Shown piece by piece: positions 13,951-30,200 of a stretch of 64,000 nt of DNA. Origin of the DNA: the human T2T-CHM13v2.0 reference genome, Homo sapiens. Where the stretch lies: assembly GCF_009914755.1 (NCBI RefSeq), contig NC_060937.1; one strand, 5' to 3'. The translations under genes and the position numbers were made by a program. Position 1 is the first letter of the stretch. Each line of letters starts with the position of its first letter. The notes under the pieces are model-generated. The model did not search any database, had not been told where the DNA came from, and worked only from the letters and a program-made list of their open reading frames with translations.

Positions 13951-16900
13951 CGTATACATATTTTTAGGTGATGAGAAAGTGTGGATTATAACGGAGGTAC
14001 AGACAACAGAATGAGGAAAGAGAGGTGAAAGGGAATAATGGACTGAGCAGATGGGACTGAAAGAAAATTATTGGGTAGTTTAAATGTTGAAATAAAAAAT
14101 ACTGCATAGTGGATTCAAAAAAGTAAATTATCCTAAGTTAAATACAGTTAAATGATTTTTTAAAAACAGGTTGTTTGCTTTTAGAAATCTTCCTATGTCC
14201 ATTTTTGAAAACCCGACTTTTCAAAAATTTGAAAATTAATTTTACTGACACAAAAATATGTAAGATATGGATATATGGATTTATATGCCCTGATGACTTT
14301 CAAATTTCAAGCTTTACATCAGACAAAGGTGGGATTCTTGGACTTTTGTTATTAGCACAGAATCAATTACCAAACACACACTCCCCCTGCTATATAGGGA
14401 ACTCCTGCAATCGATAAGAGTTCCCAGAATCCAATACTCTGGTCTTAAGCTCAGCTGTTCATTCACATTCCCTACAAATCAATAAGCTAAAAGAGTTTCT
14501 AGTTTCTAGGATCAACCAGAAAATGTTCTCTTTTTTTGTGAATGAATATTCCTTGAAACAAAACTAAGCAATGCAAAAACAAACCAAAATAAAAATCACT
14601 TTTATCCACACCAACTGATAGTACTTCCTCTTCTATATACCAAAATCAAACTGTAGGCTCTGAGACCTTCTCAATTAATGTCTCTTGTGTTTGCAATTTA
14701 TTTGGGGACAATCCATTTTCCCTCATGTTTCACGATTACGCTGTTTAAATGTCATGATGTTTCCTGAGGCTACACCTCACTTTTGAGATTGGATACTGAT
14801 ATTCTGGGTTCCATTCCTATGCCTGCCTGCAGTGCCCTCTAGAACTGGAGCCAGCATCGCTCAACCTGCAGCAGTACCCACCCACTGTCTTGCCCCCATC
14901 CCCGGATCTGTCTCTGGTAGCTGAAAAAACAAAGATCATATACAAGTGTTTTGAGCTGAGTTGTACACTCTGCTGATCAAAGGGTCTCAGGAAAGCCCTG
15001 GCCTCTGAAATCTATCATCTAAGAGGGCCAAAGGGTGTTATAAGTCCCTATGAAGCCTGCGGAAATTTCTACCTTTACTTCTCTTAGAGCCATAAGGATT
15101 TCCAGGGACAAAAGCCAGTATCATCTTTGGGTTGTGGTTTTCTTGAGTACAGTTACCCACTATTCTGTCCGTGGGCTAAATGCGGCCAAACTAACCTGGT
15201 ATGACCTACATGGGACTTGTAACAAATAATGTTCTTTGTTAATTACTTAATTAAGCTCTGATAGTTTATTCTGGCTAATAGTGAAGAGTGGTGTGCCCTG
15301 TTCCCACTCGGCTCTCCCACAGAGCTCCTGCTGCAACATTCACCATGTGACATGGTGCTAGAAGTTATAAAGACCTGGAGTTGTCTTCAGTTCCTATTCA
15401 CTTCCTCCACCAATTCGTAGGACAAAGGTTTTAGTAAAGCTACTTAGATGTTTTGCTGTTACTGTGTTTATTGTCGAATATTCAGAGGAGTAGGTCATGT
15501 AAACTACCTAGTAAGATTTAATGAGTTACATTGTCAAGTCAAGGATGTCTTGGAGACATAAAAGGACAACTTGTTAGATCTCTGTGGCTCACAAGATTGG
15601 GTTTTCTTAGTGATCAGTTAGCTGGTCAGACAATTAAAGCTACATGGGGAAGAAATGAAATCAGATTCAAACTTGATTTGTTGACGGAGCAGATGGAGCC
15701 ACATCCTGCGTTCCTTTTCTGTTGCTAAACTGCTCTGAGCTCATGAGAATCACAGAATTTTAACTGCAGAACCATTTCATTGAGAAGAAAACCGCAACTC
15801 CCCATATACTGACGAGTTTAAAACATATTTAAACTTTCTGTACCTGTCTTTGGAAGATAAGTATCAGGATGTGTCTGAATTATCAAGTATCTGCCCTTTG
15901 AGTATCCTCAATTGTGAAAACTTATCCAAGCCAAGAGTGAAATATCCCTGGAATTCTGGAGCTAAGCATACGAATCCTAAGATTATCTTAAAATATGTCA
16001 CCACTAGGTAGTGTCTGAGTTCATCTGCTCAATAAAAATATACTCTTTCAATACATTCTTGAGATGAAAACAAATTAGGCAGTACTATCAGGAACGTTAA
16101 CCTATAAGTGAGATGTGCCATAATTCTTGAGAAAGTCTGTAAAGTACTGATATTTTATGCATGATTAAAGTCAGTGAATGATTAGCACCTAGCTTAAAAC
16201 ATAGTTTTGTAAGATTAAATTTAAGAATCTTTTAAGGAAGCTGCTTTCATTTTATTCTAAAATAAATCTAATATTATAGCTAACAGGCTAAACTTCATTC
16301 TTATTTTCAATAAAAATCTATATGTCTTACAGATGTATAGATTTGTGATCATGTGCTCTAATACTGAACATATATATGGCCACTTTCATTCTATCATCAA
16401 TTCCTCATTCATTGACAGGAGACATAAAGCACCCAGAGAAACAAGAGTAAGGTACGTAGTTGTACATTTTCCTAGACCTACATAGCTTTTGAAATATTAC
16501 CAGACAACAACAAAGATCTAAAGAGAAAAATTTAAAATACAGCAGAAGAAAAGTAGAGCCAGGCTTTTCATTTTGGTTTAGTCATTAAATATTAGCCCAA
16601 ACTCAAAAGATGTAGTGCTTTAGGACAGATGAAGGTTTAAACTCCTTACAAATGGGGCAGTACATGTACAAGACTCATTACCATAAGAAAAACTATAGGT
16701 TGAAAACTGGAAACATCCTCTACAGGGGTTTAAACAATTCATAAACTCATAACAATTCTGAGGGCAGGAAAGGCAACTTCAGAGACATTCATAGCCTCTG
16801 AGGACAGCACCATGAAAGCAAAGCTTACACACCCTCACACACACACACACACATAACCAAACGACTCTGTCCCTTTGCAGAGAGGAGCAAAAAAGCTAGA

Positions 16901-18290
16901 AGGCATTGCCTGCCTAGGATGGCGCTTCTCCCACCCATCCATACAGGCATTCACTGGAGCTACAGCAAGGCAGATAACACCTGCTGGTAGTCAAGACCTT
17001 CACTGGGTGTTGGGAACAGTGCAACAGGAGACAAACAAGGAATACAAGTCCAGGTGTATTCCACAAATTATTTGTTTTCTTTCAAACAAATGATTTCTTT
17101 TAAGGCAAAATAACAGAACTACCGTTTGCATAGCTATACACTTGGTACCTTCATCTACTTTCTTTTCTCTGCTAAGAAATCTTAAGCTATGTTACTCAGG
17201 GCAATAAAAGCTGCTGAAGTGAGTATCAGACAAGAAATTCTCTCCTCTAACCTTCTAGGTTTTAATATCTGCAGCTAAACATAAAGCTGGTTCTTAAACA
17301 GAACTTCACTCTTATCTTGTTCAAAAGGCGGCTCTGATAGTGAGCAAATGCAAAGCTTTACTCCATTCAGAGAGGCATAGCTAGGGTCCTAATCTTGGAA
17401 TGAAGAGAGAGACCAGCCATATTGAATTGTCTGGGGCTCTTTCAAAACCATATCTATGTTTGATATACACCCAGCTTGGCACATACTGAACCTCACAGGT
17501 GAAAAAGAGGTGGTTTCAATACAAAAGTCAATTAATTACAGACTTCTAGAAAGAAAATGAAGGGAAGAGTAGAGTTCTCATCTAGTTTTGTAAAAATGAG
17601 CCATGTGGTCTTAGGCAAGTCACTTCAGCCTCAGTTTTCTCATCTGTCAAGTAAGGACAATAAAATCCTGCTCCACCTGCCTCATGTAGCTGCTGTAAAA
17701 AATTTTAAAATATGATATAAATGAAGTATTATGATGAGTTCCCAGCCAAGGGAACTCCCTTTTTTTAAGGCTTGTAATAAAATAAGCATATTCTCAGAAG
17801 TAGGATAGTTTACAACAGGTTTTAGAAGTGGAATTCACTTTGAGGTAGATAGTTTGCCTGATGTGTCTAGAGTTCATATACCTTGTAGAAAGCCAAAAGA
17901 AATGCAGACCAGTTGTTCTAAGAAACCCCAAGAGTAGTATCTGTCTGTCTGTCTCTCTGTTTAATAAGTAACTTGATGGCTTGGGCTTCTCATTTCAACC
18001 TTTCTTTTCCCTTAACATACTTTGCTTGCCTGTTTATTCAGGGATCAAAATATTGTCTCTGAATTTTTTAGCCAAAAAAGAGGCTTATCTTGTAATGCAG
18101 AGAAGCTCTCATATGTTCCAATATAATTGACAATTCCACTTTATCTATTAAGTATTTCATGGAAGGAGAACAAATTTGCTCTGATCTAACCCTATCTAAA
18201 TACATCCTAAGTGGCAGGGAAGAATCTAACTCTCCCACCACTGGGCTCCAATTTTCTAGAGCTGGAGTGGGTTAAAAAGAAGCAGAACTT

Positions 18291-18707
<417 letters not shown>

Positions 18708-19001
18708 TCAGTCCCCAGCTAACAGGACAGAGAGCTAAGAGTGCTCACTTCCTTATTAGTGTCTGCCACTACAATTAATGAACTCTGGAAAGATGTACCA
18801 TTTTAATGATACAGTTATTAAAAAGGAGTATGTGTGGGAATAATGTAAGCACTGCATACTAAATAAATTTCTATGACAAATTGATTCTTACATTCTAATC
18901 CGTACCTATTTTCAAGTTAAAATAATTCCTTATAATAAAATACCACAAACTGGAAATAAAAACAACATGTACATAGACTCTCCCCATGAAAATATCCCTC
19001 A

Positions 19002-19293
19002 TTTTTTTTTTTTTTAGAAATAGCATCTCACTCTGTCGTCCAGGTTAGAGTACAGTGACATGATCATAGTTCATTGCAGCCTTAAACTCCTGAACAATCC
19101 TCCCACCTCAGTCCTCCCAGTAACTGGAACTATAGGTGCATGTCACCATGCCCGGCTAATTTTTTAAAATTTTTTGTAGAGACAGAGGTCTCACTATGTT
19201 GCCCAGGCAGGTCTGGAACTCCCGGGTTAAAGCAATCATCCCACATCGGCCTCTCAAAGTGCCAGGATTACAGGCATGAGCCAATCCCTGGCC
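19002..19293 (-). mobile_element. AluJ
   Basis: Reverse Alu dimer; ccctca flanks. Confidence 0.85.
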
Positions 19294-19404
19294 CCTCAAT
19301 TTGAAAAGTAAAATAGAAATATATCATCTTTTTAGGAGTTTTTAAAAAATGGGTTTTTAAAAAAATGATTCTAAAGATACAGCATCAAGGCTTTTGAAGT
19401 TTAC

Positions 19405-19619
19405 CTAATTAACTTGATGGCTTCCAGCTCCTCGGCACTTAGTGAAGAAGGCACCTTCAAGAGAACCATGTTGAATATGCAATCATCCAAAAGCGCTGCT
19501 GCCTCCTTCGTGTCACTGATGGTGATGGTGACTTCTGCTATGTTTGCAAATAGTTTCTGTACAGTATCAGCCAGGTAGCCCACAGTGACATCTCCAACTA
19601 ATAAGATGTCTATTTTTGC
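19405..19619 (-). CDS. SOHLH2: SOHLH2 exon 2 (AKIDILLVGD...AIKLIR)
   Basis: Acceptor ctctttcAG|GCA, donor TAG|GTAAAC, 215 nt; overlaps ORF 19401..19583; in frame with exon 1. Confidence 0.97.
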
Positions 19620-21470
19620 CTGAAAGAGAAGGAAGCAGAGGCGTCACATAATTATTGCCTAGGCATAGGGAAAATGTCATGTATGAGAGGATAAGATAAA
19701 TAAAGCTCACAAATAACACAACAATTGACTCCATATCTAGTCTGACTGGCTAGATGGTCAACTATAAGCAGCTCAAGGACAGGAACTACTAATTTCACAT
19801 CTTCAGTACCTAGACTAGTGATTAGATCTGAAGGTCACCCTGTTTTTAAACATTTTGCCTACCAATGCTATTCTACTTCAGTTTTTCTGCAAATTTCTCT
19901 CTCATCCTATTAAATGATAGAGTTCTTATGACTCAGTTTTCCAAAAGTCTTTCCTGCTGGAAAATCTGTTTATTGCTGAAAGGATCAAAGTCATGACTCT
20001 CCCACATGATTTATTTTGGTGAAACACACATTCCAGGGAACAGAGAAAGATTTAAATTCCTAAATCATAAGAAACACTGAAATAAAGTCCTTTCAATGGA
20101 ATATATGTGCTATTCAAACCTCAATATTAGGAACCAAAAAGGCCATTTGCATTTGGAGATATTTTCAAGTATATTCAATTAGGAAAAAGAGCATTCCCAA
20201 CTTCATGTTTTATTTCTGTATGTTTTATTCTCTACAGCTAATGAACTCAACCCACTGAAAATGCCAAAGAATGGGGATGCTTAAATTAATGGAAATAGAA
20301 GACAATTGGAAATGCCAGGCCATAGACATCTGTATGAGAAAACAGATTTGGGAGGTGATTAGAGTTGAAGCTAAGAGTGAGGGAAGGGGCTGGAAATACT
20401 TGTACAAAGAGAAAGGCAGCTTGGCAAAGAAGCAACTCCACAGGGCAGGATGCTGGTGTAAGTGGCCCCGTGGGGCTTCCTTCTCTTTTCAGCCTGGTTT
20501 CCTGAGGGTTGCAAGAAAGAACAGGTGAGGTGCAAGAAACTAGGCAATAGTAAAGTAAGCAAAGCTTTGGCACTTCCACCTGCTCACCTAATTTTCTTCC
20601 TTTTTTTTATAAAATAGTCAACCTTCCTTTACCATCTCTCATATCCTAACTCAATCCCTTCTCTGAAAGGAACTGCTGTCAAGAGTCTGGTGTCTATCCT
20701 TCCAGATGATTTTTGTGTCAAACATATAAGTACGATACACACATACATAGCTTTTCATAAATGGGCTGTTAGTATTTTTTGAAGTGAGTTGCTTTTTTCA
20801 TTTAACAATATAGTTCAACAATTCCTCAAAATTTCTGATTCACTGGGAACATTCTCATTTTCCAGGCGGTTATAGATTTATTCTCATAAAAATACGTTTT
20901 CTATTATTTGTTGGGATCAGGGGTGAATGTGCTCATCTGTCATCTTGATCCAGTCTTCCTTATTTTCGATGATGACAATTGATTGAGACATTCTCCCAGT
21001 GTTGGGTTTTGATGTTATTACGGTGCCATGATGAATACATTTATAAATACATCTGTGTGCAAATAAGCATATATCCTCGAATCCAAACTAGAAAATCAGA
21101 AAGTAAACTTTTACTTGTTTTGCATACTCCAAAGGATACAAAAATTTATATCCCCGTAAGCAGTATATATGAGTACTCATTTCCCCAAACCCTTAATAAG
21201 ACTGATTATTCTTAACCTTTAAAAAAATTTTGTATTGTGAGCAAAAAATCTTATCCTTTTTATTGGCATTTTTTGAATGAATGGAGTACCTTTTCATTTT
21301 AGTGGCAATTTGCATTTTATTATCACATATTTATCATGCATGCCCATTTACTCCCTTTGCTCACCTTCCTATTTGTGGTTTGTATTTTTCTTATTGCTTT
21401 GTGGGAGTTTATACAGTCTGGATATTAGTCAACCACTTTTTTTTCCAGTCTGTCACTCTGCCTTTAATTC

Positions 21471-21804
<334 letters not shown>

Positions 21805-23618
21805 TAATAAATATTTAATATTTAGTAACAAATCTACTGTTTCCTTTATGGCTTTGGTGAATTTTATCTTGCTTTCAAAGCCATCTCCATTTATGTTAAA
21901 ATATGCTTTGGTAGAGTATTCTAATACTTTTAAGGGTTTATTTTTGCATTTAGCTTTTTATCCCAGCTGGAGTTTATTTGGTGATGAATATGAGGTAGGT
22001 ATCTGCTTTCAGTTTTCTTTTTTAAATGCAGAACTAATTGACCCAACAGGATTACTGAACAGACTAACCTTCTCTCAGTGTTTTCAAGAGCGAAGTTTTC
22101 ACAATGCCAGGTAGGGGTGTGTGGGGGTGTGTGTGTGTTTCTGGACTTCATTCTGATCCACTGATCTATTTGCCTATTCCTGGTTAATACCACACTGCTT
22201 AATTACTAGCTCTTTATAGTGTGTTTTGATATTTGACAGAGCATGTTTCCCTGTTATTTTTCAATTCAGTTATTATATATTTTCCAACAATTTCTCTTCC
22301 AACAGAAATCGGCATCAGTTTGTCAAGGAACCTTGTTAAAGTTTTAATTATGGTGGCCTCTATTTTAACAGTTAATTAGAAAATATTGTTGCTATATTAA
22401 ATCTCCGTATTTAGGAAGTATGCATCTTAGAGAATTTGGGTCTATTATGATCTTCAGTTTTATGGACTTTCATATCGATTTTGCATGTGTCCTAGCATGT
22501 ATTCCCAGATATGTCCTACGTATTCCCAGATATTTCAACCTTTGGAGGTCACTGTGAAGGGGATCTCTTCTTACTCACTACATTTTCTGATTGATTATAG
22601 CTGACATATAGAAGCGCTATTGATTTCTGTATAAGGAACTTGCTTCAAGTAATGCACTTTATAGTACTCTCTGTTCAGTTCCAATACATTTCCATTGATT
22701 ATTCTCAATTTCCTAGGTAGGCAATCCTACCGCCTTCAAAAAATTACACTTTTTTTCTCTATTTCCAGAACTTATGCCTTTTATTTGACTTTAAAGCATT
22801 GGCTAGAACATCCAAAACAAAGGTGAATAACAGGAGTGACAGTAGGTGTTCCTGTCTTGTTCCTGACTTTAGTGGGAATATTTCAAATCATTTTACTACT
22901 AAATATGATACTTACTGAAGATTTCTGATCAATATCCTTTATCAGTTAAAAAAGTTTCTATTTGGAAGCTAAGAATTTTACATCAGAAAAGGGTGTTGAT
23001 ATTTATTAAATGCTTTTTCAGTATAACATGATTTTTTTTTAATTCTTTGATCTGTTAGGCAGTGAATCATATTAATAGATTTCCTAATGTCAAGCCATCA
23101 CAGTATTGCTGGGATAAACCTATTCATAATGTGTAATGAATTCAATGCCTTCACCTTTAGATTTTTGCATCTATGTTCATAAATGAATCTTGATATAATT
23201 TTGTTTTATTGTATTGCCTTATCTTGTTTAGGTATCAGGGTTATGCCAGCCTTGAAGAATAAAATATTGTTCTATGGTCTTGAATAGTTTATAAAACACA
23301 GAAATTATCTGCATCTTAAGTTTAGGTAAAACATGTCTAGAAAATCTGGTTCTGAAGACATTTATAGAGCTGGATCTTACATTTCATTTTATAGTTCCTT
23401 ATTGATTAATGGTAAATTGAAGTTTCTCACCTTCTCTTAAATGAATTTTGTTCATATACATTTTACAAATCCATTTCATATGGAGTTTTTATATTGTTTA
23501 ATGTTTTAATTTTAAAATATATATATAATACCTATTACTGGTGTTGAGTTCATTTTGCTTCTTAACTATAAATGTTTATTTTTTTCTTTTTCTGGTAATG
23601 CTTTATTGAGAATATAGA

Positions 23619-23813
23619 ACTGTGTAGTCCAATACAGTAGCCACATGCGGCTATTTAAACTTATGTTAATTAAAATTAATTAAAGTTTGAAATTCAGTTC
23701 AGTTGCACTAGCCATATTTCACATTCTCAACATCCTCATGTGGTAAGTGTGGATTATCAGACGGTATAATTACACAACATTTTCATCATTGTGGAAAGTT
23801 CTATTGGGCAGCA
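23619..23813. mobile_element. MER3-like hAT DNA transposon
   Basis: ctgtgtagtccaatacagtagccacatgcggctattta...ctattgggcagc. Confidence 0.7.
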
Positions 23814-26800
23814 AAGTAGAGGATCTAAATTTTCCTCCTAGTGGCATTTTGTTGTACCCCACACATTTTTATATATAGTGAGTTCATGTTCATTCATTGC
23901 TAATTAGTTTATAATTTCAGTTGATAGTTCCATTTTAATCTAAGACTTTTATTAAATACCTACATAAAGGTGTTTTTAATTTTCAAGGCAATAATATGTT
24001 TGGTTTTTTATTTTTTTGACTATTTGTTAGTTGCTCATTTCTTATTTCAGTGCATTGTCAACAATGAATGTGTCCTGCATGACATCTACTTTTTAAAATT
24101 TGTTGACATTTTCTTCATAGCCTAATACACAGTTTTTGTTAATCGTCCATGGGTACTTGAAAACAATACCTGTTTTCTGTTGTGCATAAAGTTCTATATA
24201 TCTTTTAGAACAAAATTGTTAATTCTTTCTTTGCTTATATTAGGTCTACTTGATCTTTCCGTTTATGAAAGAAGAGTATCAAAATCTCCTTAATTATGGT
24301 TTTGTCAATCCATCAATTTCTCTAATCATAGGTTATATTTATAATTATGGGTTAAGTACATAAAGGTTCATGATAATGATATTATATAAATATATAACTA
24401 TAATATTTAACAACATATGTAATCTATGTTTACATAGTATGTTATTAGTGTATATATATAGATGATTCTATATAGCAAATACTACTATATAAAACATACC
24501 TCCTTGCCCTTTAATGTTTTTCACCTCAAATTTTATTTTTCTGATATACAGCTTAGTTCTTCATACCCCCTTATTTTAAACTTTTCTTTATCATCTTTTC
24601 TGTGACTTTTGTAAATAGCTTTTAATTGAATTTACAGTTTTTACAAGCTGATCTTTCAGTTTTTAATGTATGAATTTAAGTAATTACATTACTGACATTA
24701 ACTAGTGTACATTAACTTCATTAATGTAATGTAATGAATTAGCTAATATCAATTAATTGTGAACATTTACAATTTAATGTGAAATGACCTTATTCCCTTT
24801 CATTTATTATTTCAGGCTTCCTATTTACTGTAATTTTTTTTTTCCATAGCTACTCTTAGGCTGATCAAATTTTCATTTTTCCATCCTGTTGTTCCTATAA
24901 TGCTTTGGGAGTGAAATCCCTAATTTTTATACCTTAAGTGCTTAATTGTCTTTTTATTTGGAATTAATTTGACTTACAGAAGAGTTGCAGAGAGGGTATG
25001 GTGAGTTCTCATAAACATCTGACTCAGCTTCCCCAAATATTAACATCTTACAATCATAGTATGTTTATCAAAACTAAGAAATTGTGAGAAAGAAAACCCT
25101 AAGAAATTAATATTAGCATAGTACTATTAGCTAAACTACAGACTTTATTTGAATTTCACCAATTTTTCCACTGATAGCCTTTTTCTGTCCCAGGATCCCA
25201 TCTGGATAATAGGTTGCACTTAGTCCTCGTGTCTCCTAGTTTCTTCTAATATGCAATGGTTTCTCAGTTTTTACTGGCTTTTGAGGAGTGCTGGTCAGGT
25301 ATTTTGTAGAGTGTCCCACTACTTGGATTTGTCTGACGTTTTCTCATAATTAGACTGGAACTATAGATTTTGGGTAGAATACCATGGACATGAGCGCCCC
25401 CTTCTTATGGTGTCATATATCAATGAGAGATTTCCAGGGAGGTTCACCTTGGTCGCTTGGTTAAGATGGCGTCTGCAAGGTTTCTCCACTGTTAAGTCAC
25501 TTGTTTATCCTTTCCACATTCTTGTTTTCAGAAGGCAGTCACTAAGTCTGGCCACACTCAATGGAAAGGGACTAAAGTACCACCTCTTGGAGGGAGGAAT
25601 ATCAAACAATTGTGGATGTACGTTAAAACCATCACAGTAATTAATAAATATGTTAGTGGAGATGGTTTGAGGCTTTGCAAATATCCCATTTCTCCTGAAA
25701 GTTATACCCTCTGTTCCTGCCCTTTATTTGTGGATCTTGCCTGTAGCAATTATTACTATGACATTCCATTGGTGATTTTCTATTTCCTTCCATCTACATT
25801 TATGATTTGGAAATCTTATGTAAGGAGGATATGTTCCTTTTCCCTCATTTACTTATTTAGTCAATTGTTTATTTAAATCAGTAAGGACATATTTATTTTA
25901 TTCTTTGGGTTACAATCCAATACTATCATTTATTTTGTTACTCAAATTACTCCACTTTGGCCGCCAAAATTTCAGAAATACTTAATTATTAGTAAGTATA
26001 CATAGCCATTTTCAATTAAGATGTAGAGTTAATCTAAATCTACAGCCTCTCTCCAAACAAGGCAGCATCCTTAACATGCCTCCCTCCACCCCATATACTT
26101 CCCAAACCATGACTATCTGGAATTTTAGTTCCAATCATTATTAAATATTTACATTTTTATTAACATTTACACTTAATTTTTTGTTTCTCTGAGTCTCACA
26201 GTTTCTTGTATCTCATATTTGCTTCTTTCTTGGATTCATTTTACTGAATTGCCGTACAGGCTCAGAAAATTATTTAAAGACCGTCTGATAGCATCAGAGT
26301 CCTACCAAGTCTGAAAACATCTTCACTGTGCTCTCACAATTCAGTGCAAGTTTTACCCAGCAAATACTTATAAGGTCAAAATCACTTTGTCTCTGAATTT
26401 TCCTTCTGGAATCCAAGTTGCTAATGAAAAGAATAAGCTGCTTCGTTCCTTTGGATGCTTTTCTCCTCTTTTTCCTCTGCATTCTGATAGTTTCTAGGCT
26501 GTGTTTAAGTATATATCTTATTCATCCTACTTGGCACACAGTAGCTCTGAAAATTTTCTTCTCTTATTTCTTTATTTCCTCCTTTCTGTTGTCTTTGTCT
26601 CTCCTTGTAAATCTTCTATGAGATGCTGGATGTCTTAAATTGATCCTACATGCCTTGACTTCTCTCTCAGAGATTTCTTCATTTTTCAGATTACCAGTTT
26701 AGTCTTCACTCCTTCTAAGTATTTTTTTATATAATTTCAATCCATTTAATGTGAATTACTAATTTCTAAGATTTTTTGGGTAATTTTTCATAACCTGCTA

Positions 26801-26873
26801 TTTTTAGGATGTGATATTCTCTCTACAGATACAAATTCAAATTTTAGAAGTTTTTTTTTTTTCTATTCCCTTA

Positions 26874-27233
26874 TGTCCTAGTTTATTCAAGCTGCTATAA
26901 CAAAAGACTATAAACTGAGTGGCTTATAAACAACAGAAATTTATTTCTCAGCTCGGAGGTTGGGAAGTCCAAGATCACAGCACTGGCAGATTAAATGTCT
27001 GGTGATGGCACAATTTCTAGTTCATAGATGGCAATTTATTTGTGTTCTCACATGGTGGAGAAGCAAGGGATCTTTCTTGGGCCTCTTTTATAAGGCACTA
27101 ATCCCATTCACAAGGGCTCCTCCCTTATGACCTAATCACCTCCCAAAGACCCCACCTGCTAACGCCATCACCTTAGCAGTTAAGATTTCAACATATGAAT
27201 TCGGTAGAGGGCACAAACATTCAGACTACAGCA
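26874..27233 (-). mobile_element. MLT1A-type LTR
   Basis: TG...CA termini, TSD CCTTA (26869-26873, 27234-27238). Confidence 0.85.
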
Positions 27234-30200
27234 CCTTAAAAATCTGTCTCTTCAATCGTTCAGTGTGTGCATTTGTCTAGTTCTGTTAATGTCTGTCAAT
27301 CCTTTGTTTCCAAACATAAATATGAATCAAGAACTAAGTGGGTGTGAACAGGCAGTTTCTCCTGCAGCTGAGGTGGTGTTTCCTCAGTGGGGGCCTCCTT
27401 TAATGGGACAACTGACTATGGGTTTGGTGAGAGTGAGCAGGATGAGTGAAAGCAAAGGCTGGAGAGCAGAAAGGCTGGCGCCAGCTAATTGTCAAAATCA
27501 AGGTGGGCTCTACTCTGAAGACCAAGTATGTTTATTTTCCTCCTGGAAAGAACTGCCTTTCCTTTCCTCTTTCAGTTACAGAGATCGGGAAATTACTCAT
27601 ACCAGGAGTCCTCATCTCATGTATAGTTCATTTTCTTTAGAGAATAGTTCCTGAGTTTTATCCTTAAGTTAAAGGCACCATTGCTCCTGCTTTAGTAGGA
27701 GTGAGCTGGGAGAGTCCACAGGGTAAATCCAGGGGGCCAACCTGGCCTGGGAGTTCTGTACCCAGCTAATTCAAACCAGGTGAGCACCCTTTGGGCTACT
27801 TTCATCTTTGTTTCTGTCCACATTGAGCCTGGACTATCACTAAAATTGTTTTATCACTGCATTTCTTCTCTTTGTGTCTTTTAAGCTGTGGATTTTCTAC
27901 TTTTGTTTTAGGTGTAATTGGACCCCATTTGCTTTCTAAATGTCACATTTTACTGTGTATTTTTTTTTTTAACGTTCAGAGAGAAGTTGCTTTGTTCAAA
28001 CCAAGATCCCATTAAGAACTATGCATTGCATTTGGTTGTTGTATCTCCTTGATCTTTTAATTTGGAATACCTGCCTTCTTATTTTTCCATGATATTTACT
28101 TGAAGGAATCATCACATTTTGAAAACATCTGCTCTGGAGTTTGGGGTAGATGGGGAGGTTGACCTGTGTGCTCAATCATCATGAGCCAATCTCCTTCACC
28201 TGCAGTACCCTACTCTAAACAGGATACCAATTTAAACTCCTTAGCATGGTGTTTCATAGCCTGCTACCAACCTACTTCAAACTTATTTCCTTCTACTTCC
28301 CTCAATACTCTATATTCCAAGAACACAGCACAACACTTTTAAATGAGCTTTGAAATATGTAATTTCTACAGTAGAGAGCGTTGGGGCCCTACTAGTGTGT
28401 TTCCTTTTCATTTTATAAACACTCCTCATTTCCAGCAGCACTTTAGGAGCAGCATGGGACTCTAAGCCTTTGTGATGCCTGTGAGCGCAGATTGTTTGCG
28501 AATCTCCACCATAGCATGTGATTTCTTCTATGCAAATATATTCTTTGTGAACCCAAAGCCAAACAATGAAACAGTCATTAACAAGTGATCACAACAGGAG
28601 CAATTATAGTTTTGTTTTTTAATTAACCTGATTAATTGAAGCGAATATGAATGCCCAAAAATAACCTATCTAATACGATCAGGGTGTATGGCCATATAAT
28701 TGATCTTCCAAACTGAGGCTCTTTTGAGAATGAAAGGAGGTGCCATTAATAATTACACTAAAATAACACATATAAACTAGGGTGTCCTGGGATATAGTTT
28801 GTAAAACTTTCTATTAGTAAGGTTTATTTTTTCTTTTAAAATATCCTGCCACTTTATGTCTCTGCTTAAATATGCTTGATGTTTATTCTCTCCATAGATA
28901 TTTATTGAGCCCTTACTATAGGGCAGACACAGGGCTGGGCGCTAGGAGCACAAGGTGAACAAACAAGACAAGGTCCTTGCCCTCATGGGGCTTACATTCT
29001 AATAGCCCTTTTCTCTGCTGATAAGAAAGCATGGCATTCAATCCTTGGAATATAGGAAGAATAGAGTATGACCAGTTCTACTAAGGGTGTTATCTTTTTT
29101 CAACAGCTTGATGCAGTGGGAAGGGAGCAAAGCCATTTGAGGCAGACAGACCACAGTCCTGTCACTTAGTTCAACTATTTACCAGTGGCTTTGAATAAGA
29201 CACTTAAGTGACCCTCGTCTGAAGGATCAAAATGCTTACGTTGCAAGAATGTTATGAGAAGTGTTTGTATAGTGCCCTGCAGGTGGTAGTTATTGCCATG
29301 TTTTTGCAAGTAATACCGAACTGAGCACAAAGAACACAGAAAACGTCAAATCAACCTAGCAGGGGAAGGACCAGGGGAGAGAGGAAAATGTGTCCATGCT
29401 GGGCTCTGCACTGTTTGAATCACAGTGCTCAGGAAACAGGGCCTCCTGCAGAGCATAAGCTTTAAAATAATAGAAATCAACTGCCTAGCTTGAGCCTTTC
29501 CCTAGCTAGCACATGGCATTCTGACTGCACTATCCTCCCCTTAGAGGCTCAGTTCCAGTGTCCCCAGAATCTCTCGGCCTTTTGGGGGGAAAAAAAGTCA
29601 AGAAAGAGTTATGAAGGGCAGAACATGCATAGTGGGAAGTCGGGAGAAATCTGAGGGTAGGTAGGAAGATGATCTGGAAAGGGATGAGGAGAAACAAGCA
29701 CCACTAACCCACCGTTCTGTGCAGGAGTCTGAAGTTTTTGCATAGCATCTTGCACCATGGCACAGAGCGGGTATGACATAAAGCAGCTCTGGAAAGAACT
29801 GATTTGCTCTTTTGCCAAATGCTTCTTTCTCTGCCTTACAAAATCAGTGCCATAGCACACTTGGAATGTTAATGGACAAATCAGAACACTGCTCAAGTCC
29901 ACTATCCCAGTTCCATAACTCAAATTAACAGAATAGTTTATAATCAACATAAATCTGAATATTTATTTAGTTTAAAATATGTTGTTGACAATGTAATATG
30001 AACACAGGCGATAAAAAAGATCTATTGACAAAAAGAAAAAGGAATAAATGTTTCTAGTATATTCTGCTTGGAAAACTGCCTTTTAGTACATCTAAGATTT
30101 TCACCTGCAAGCAGTAATCTGAACCAGTGTTAGGCTTCGTTTGATGAAATATCTTTTTCTGTTTGAATTGCTTACTACACCTTTGTAAACGAAAGTAACA

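Noticed and set aside
19401-19583. ORF-track 60-aa protein starting MGYLAD
   Set aside because: The start is a GTG (Val) inside SOHLH2 exon 2 and the stop is in the intron; not a standalone gene
24660-24790. Quasi-palindromic cattaa/ttaatg-rich patch
   Set aside because: Low-complexity AT-rich sequence within a decayed L1; no defined unit or long stem
28555-28760. SOX motif AACAATG with several TAATTA/TAATTG homeodomain sites in SOHLH2 intron 1
   Set aside because: Short AT-rich motifs expected by chance; conservation cannot be assessed here
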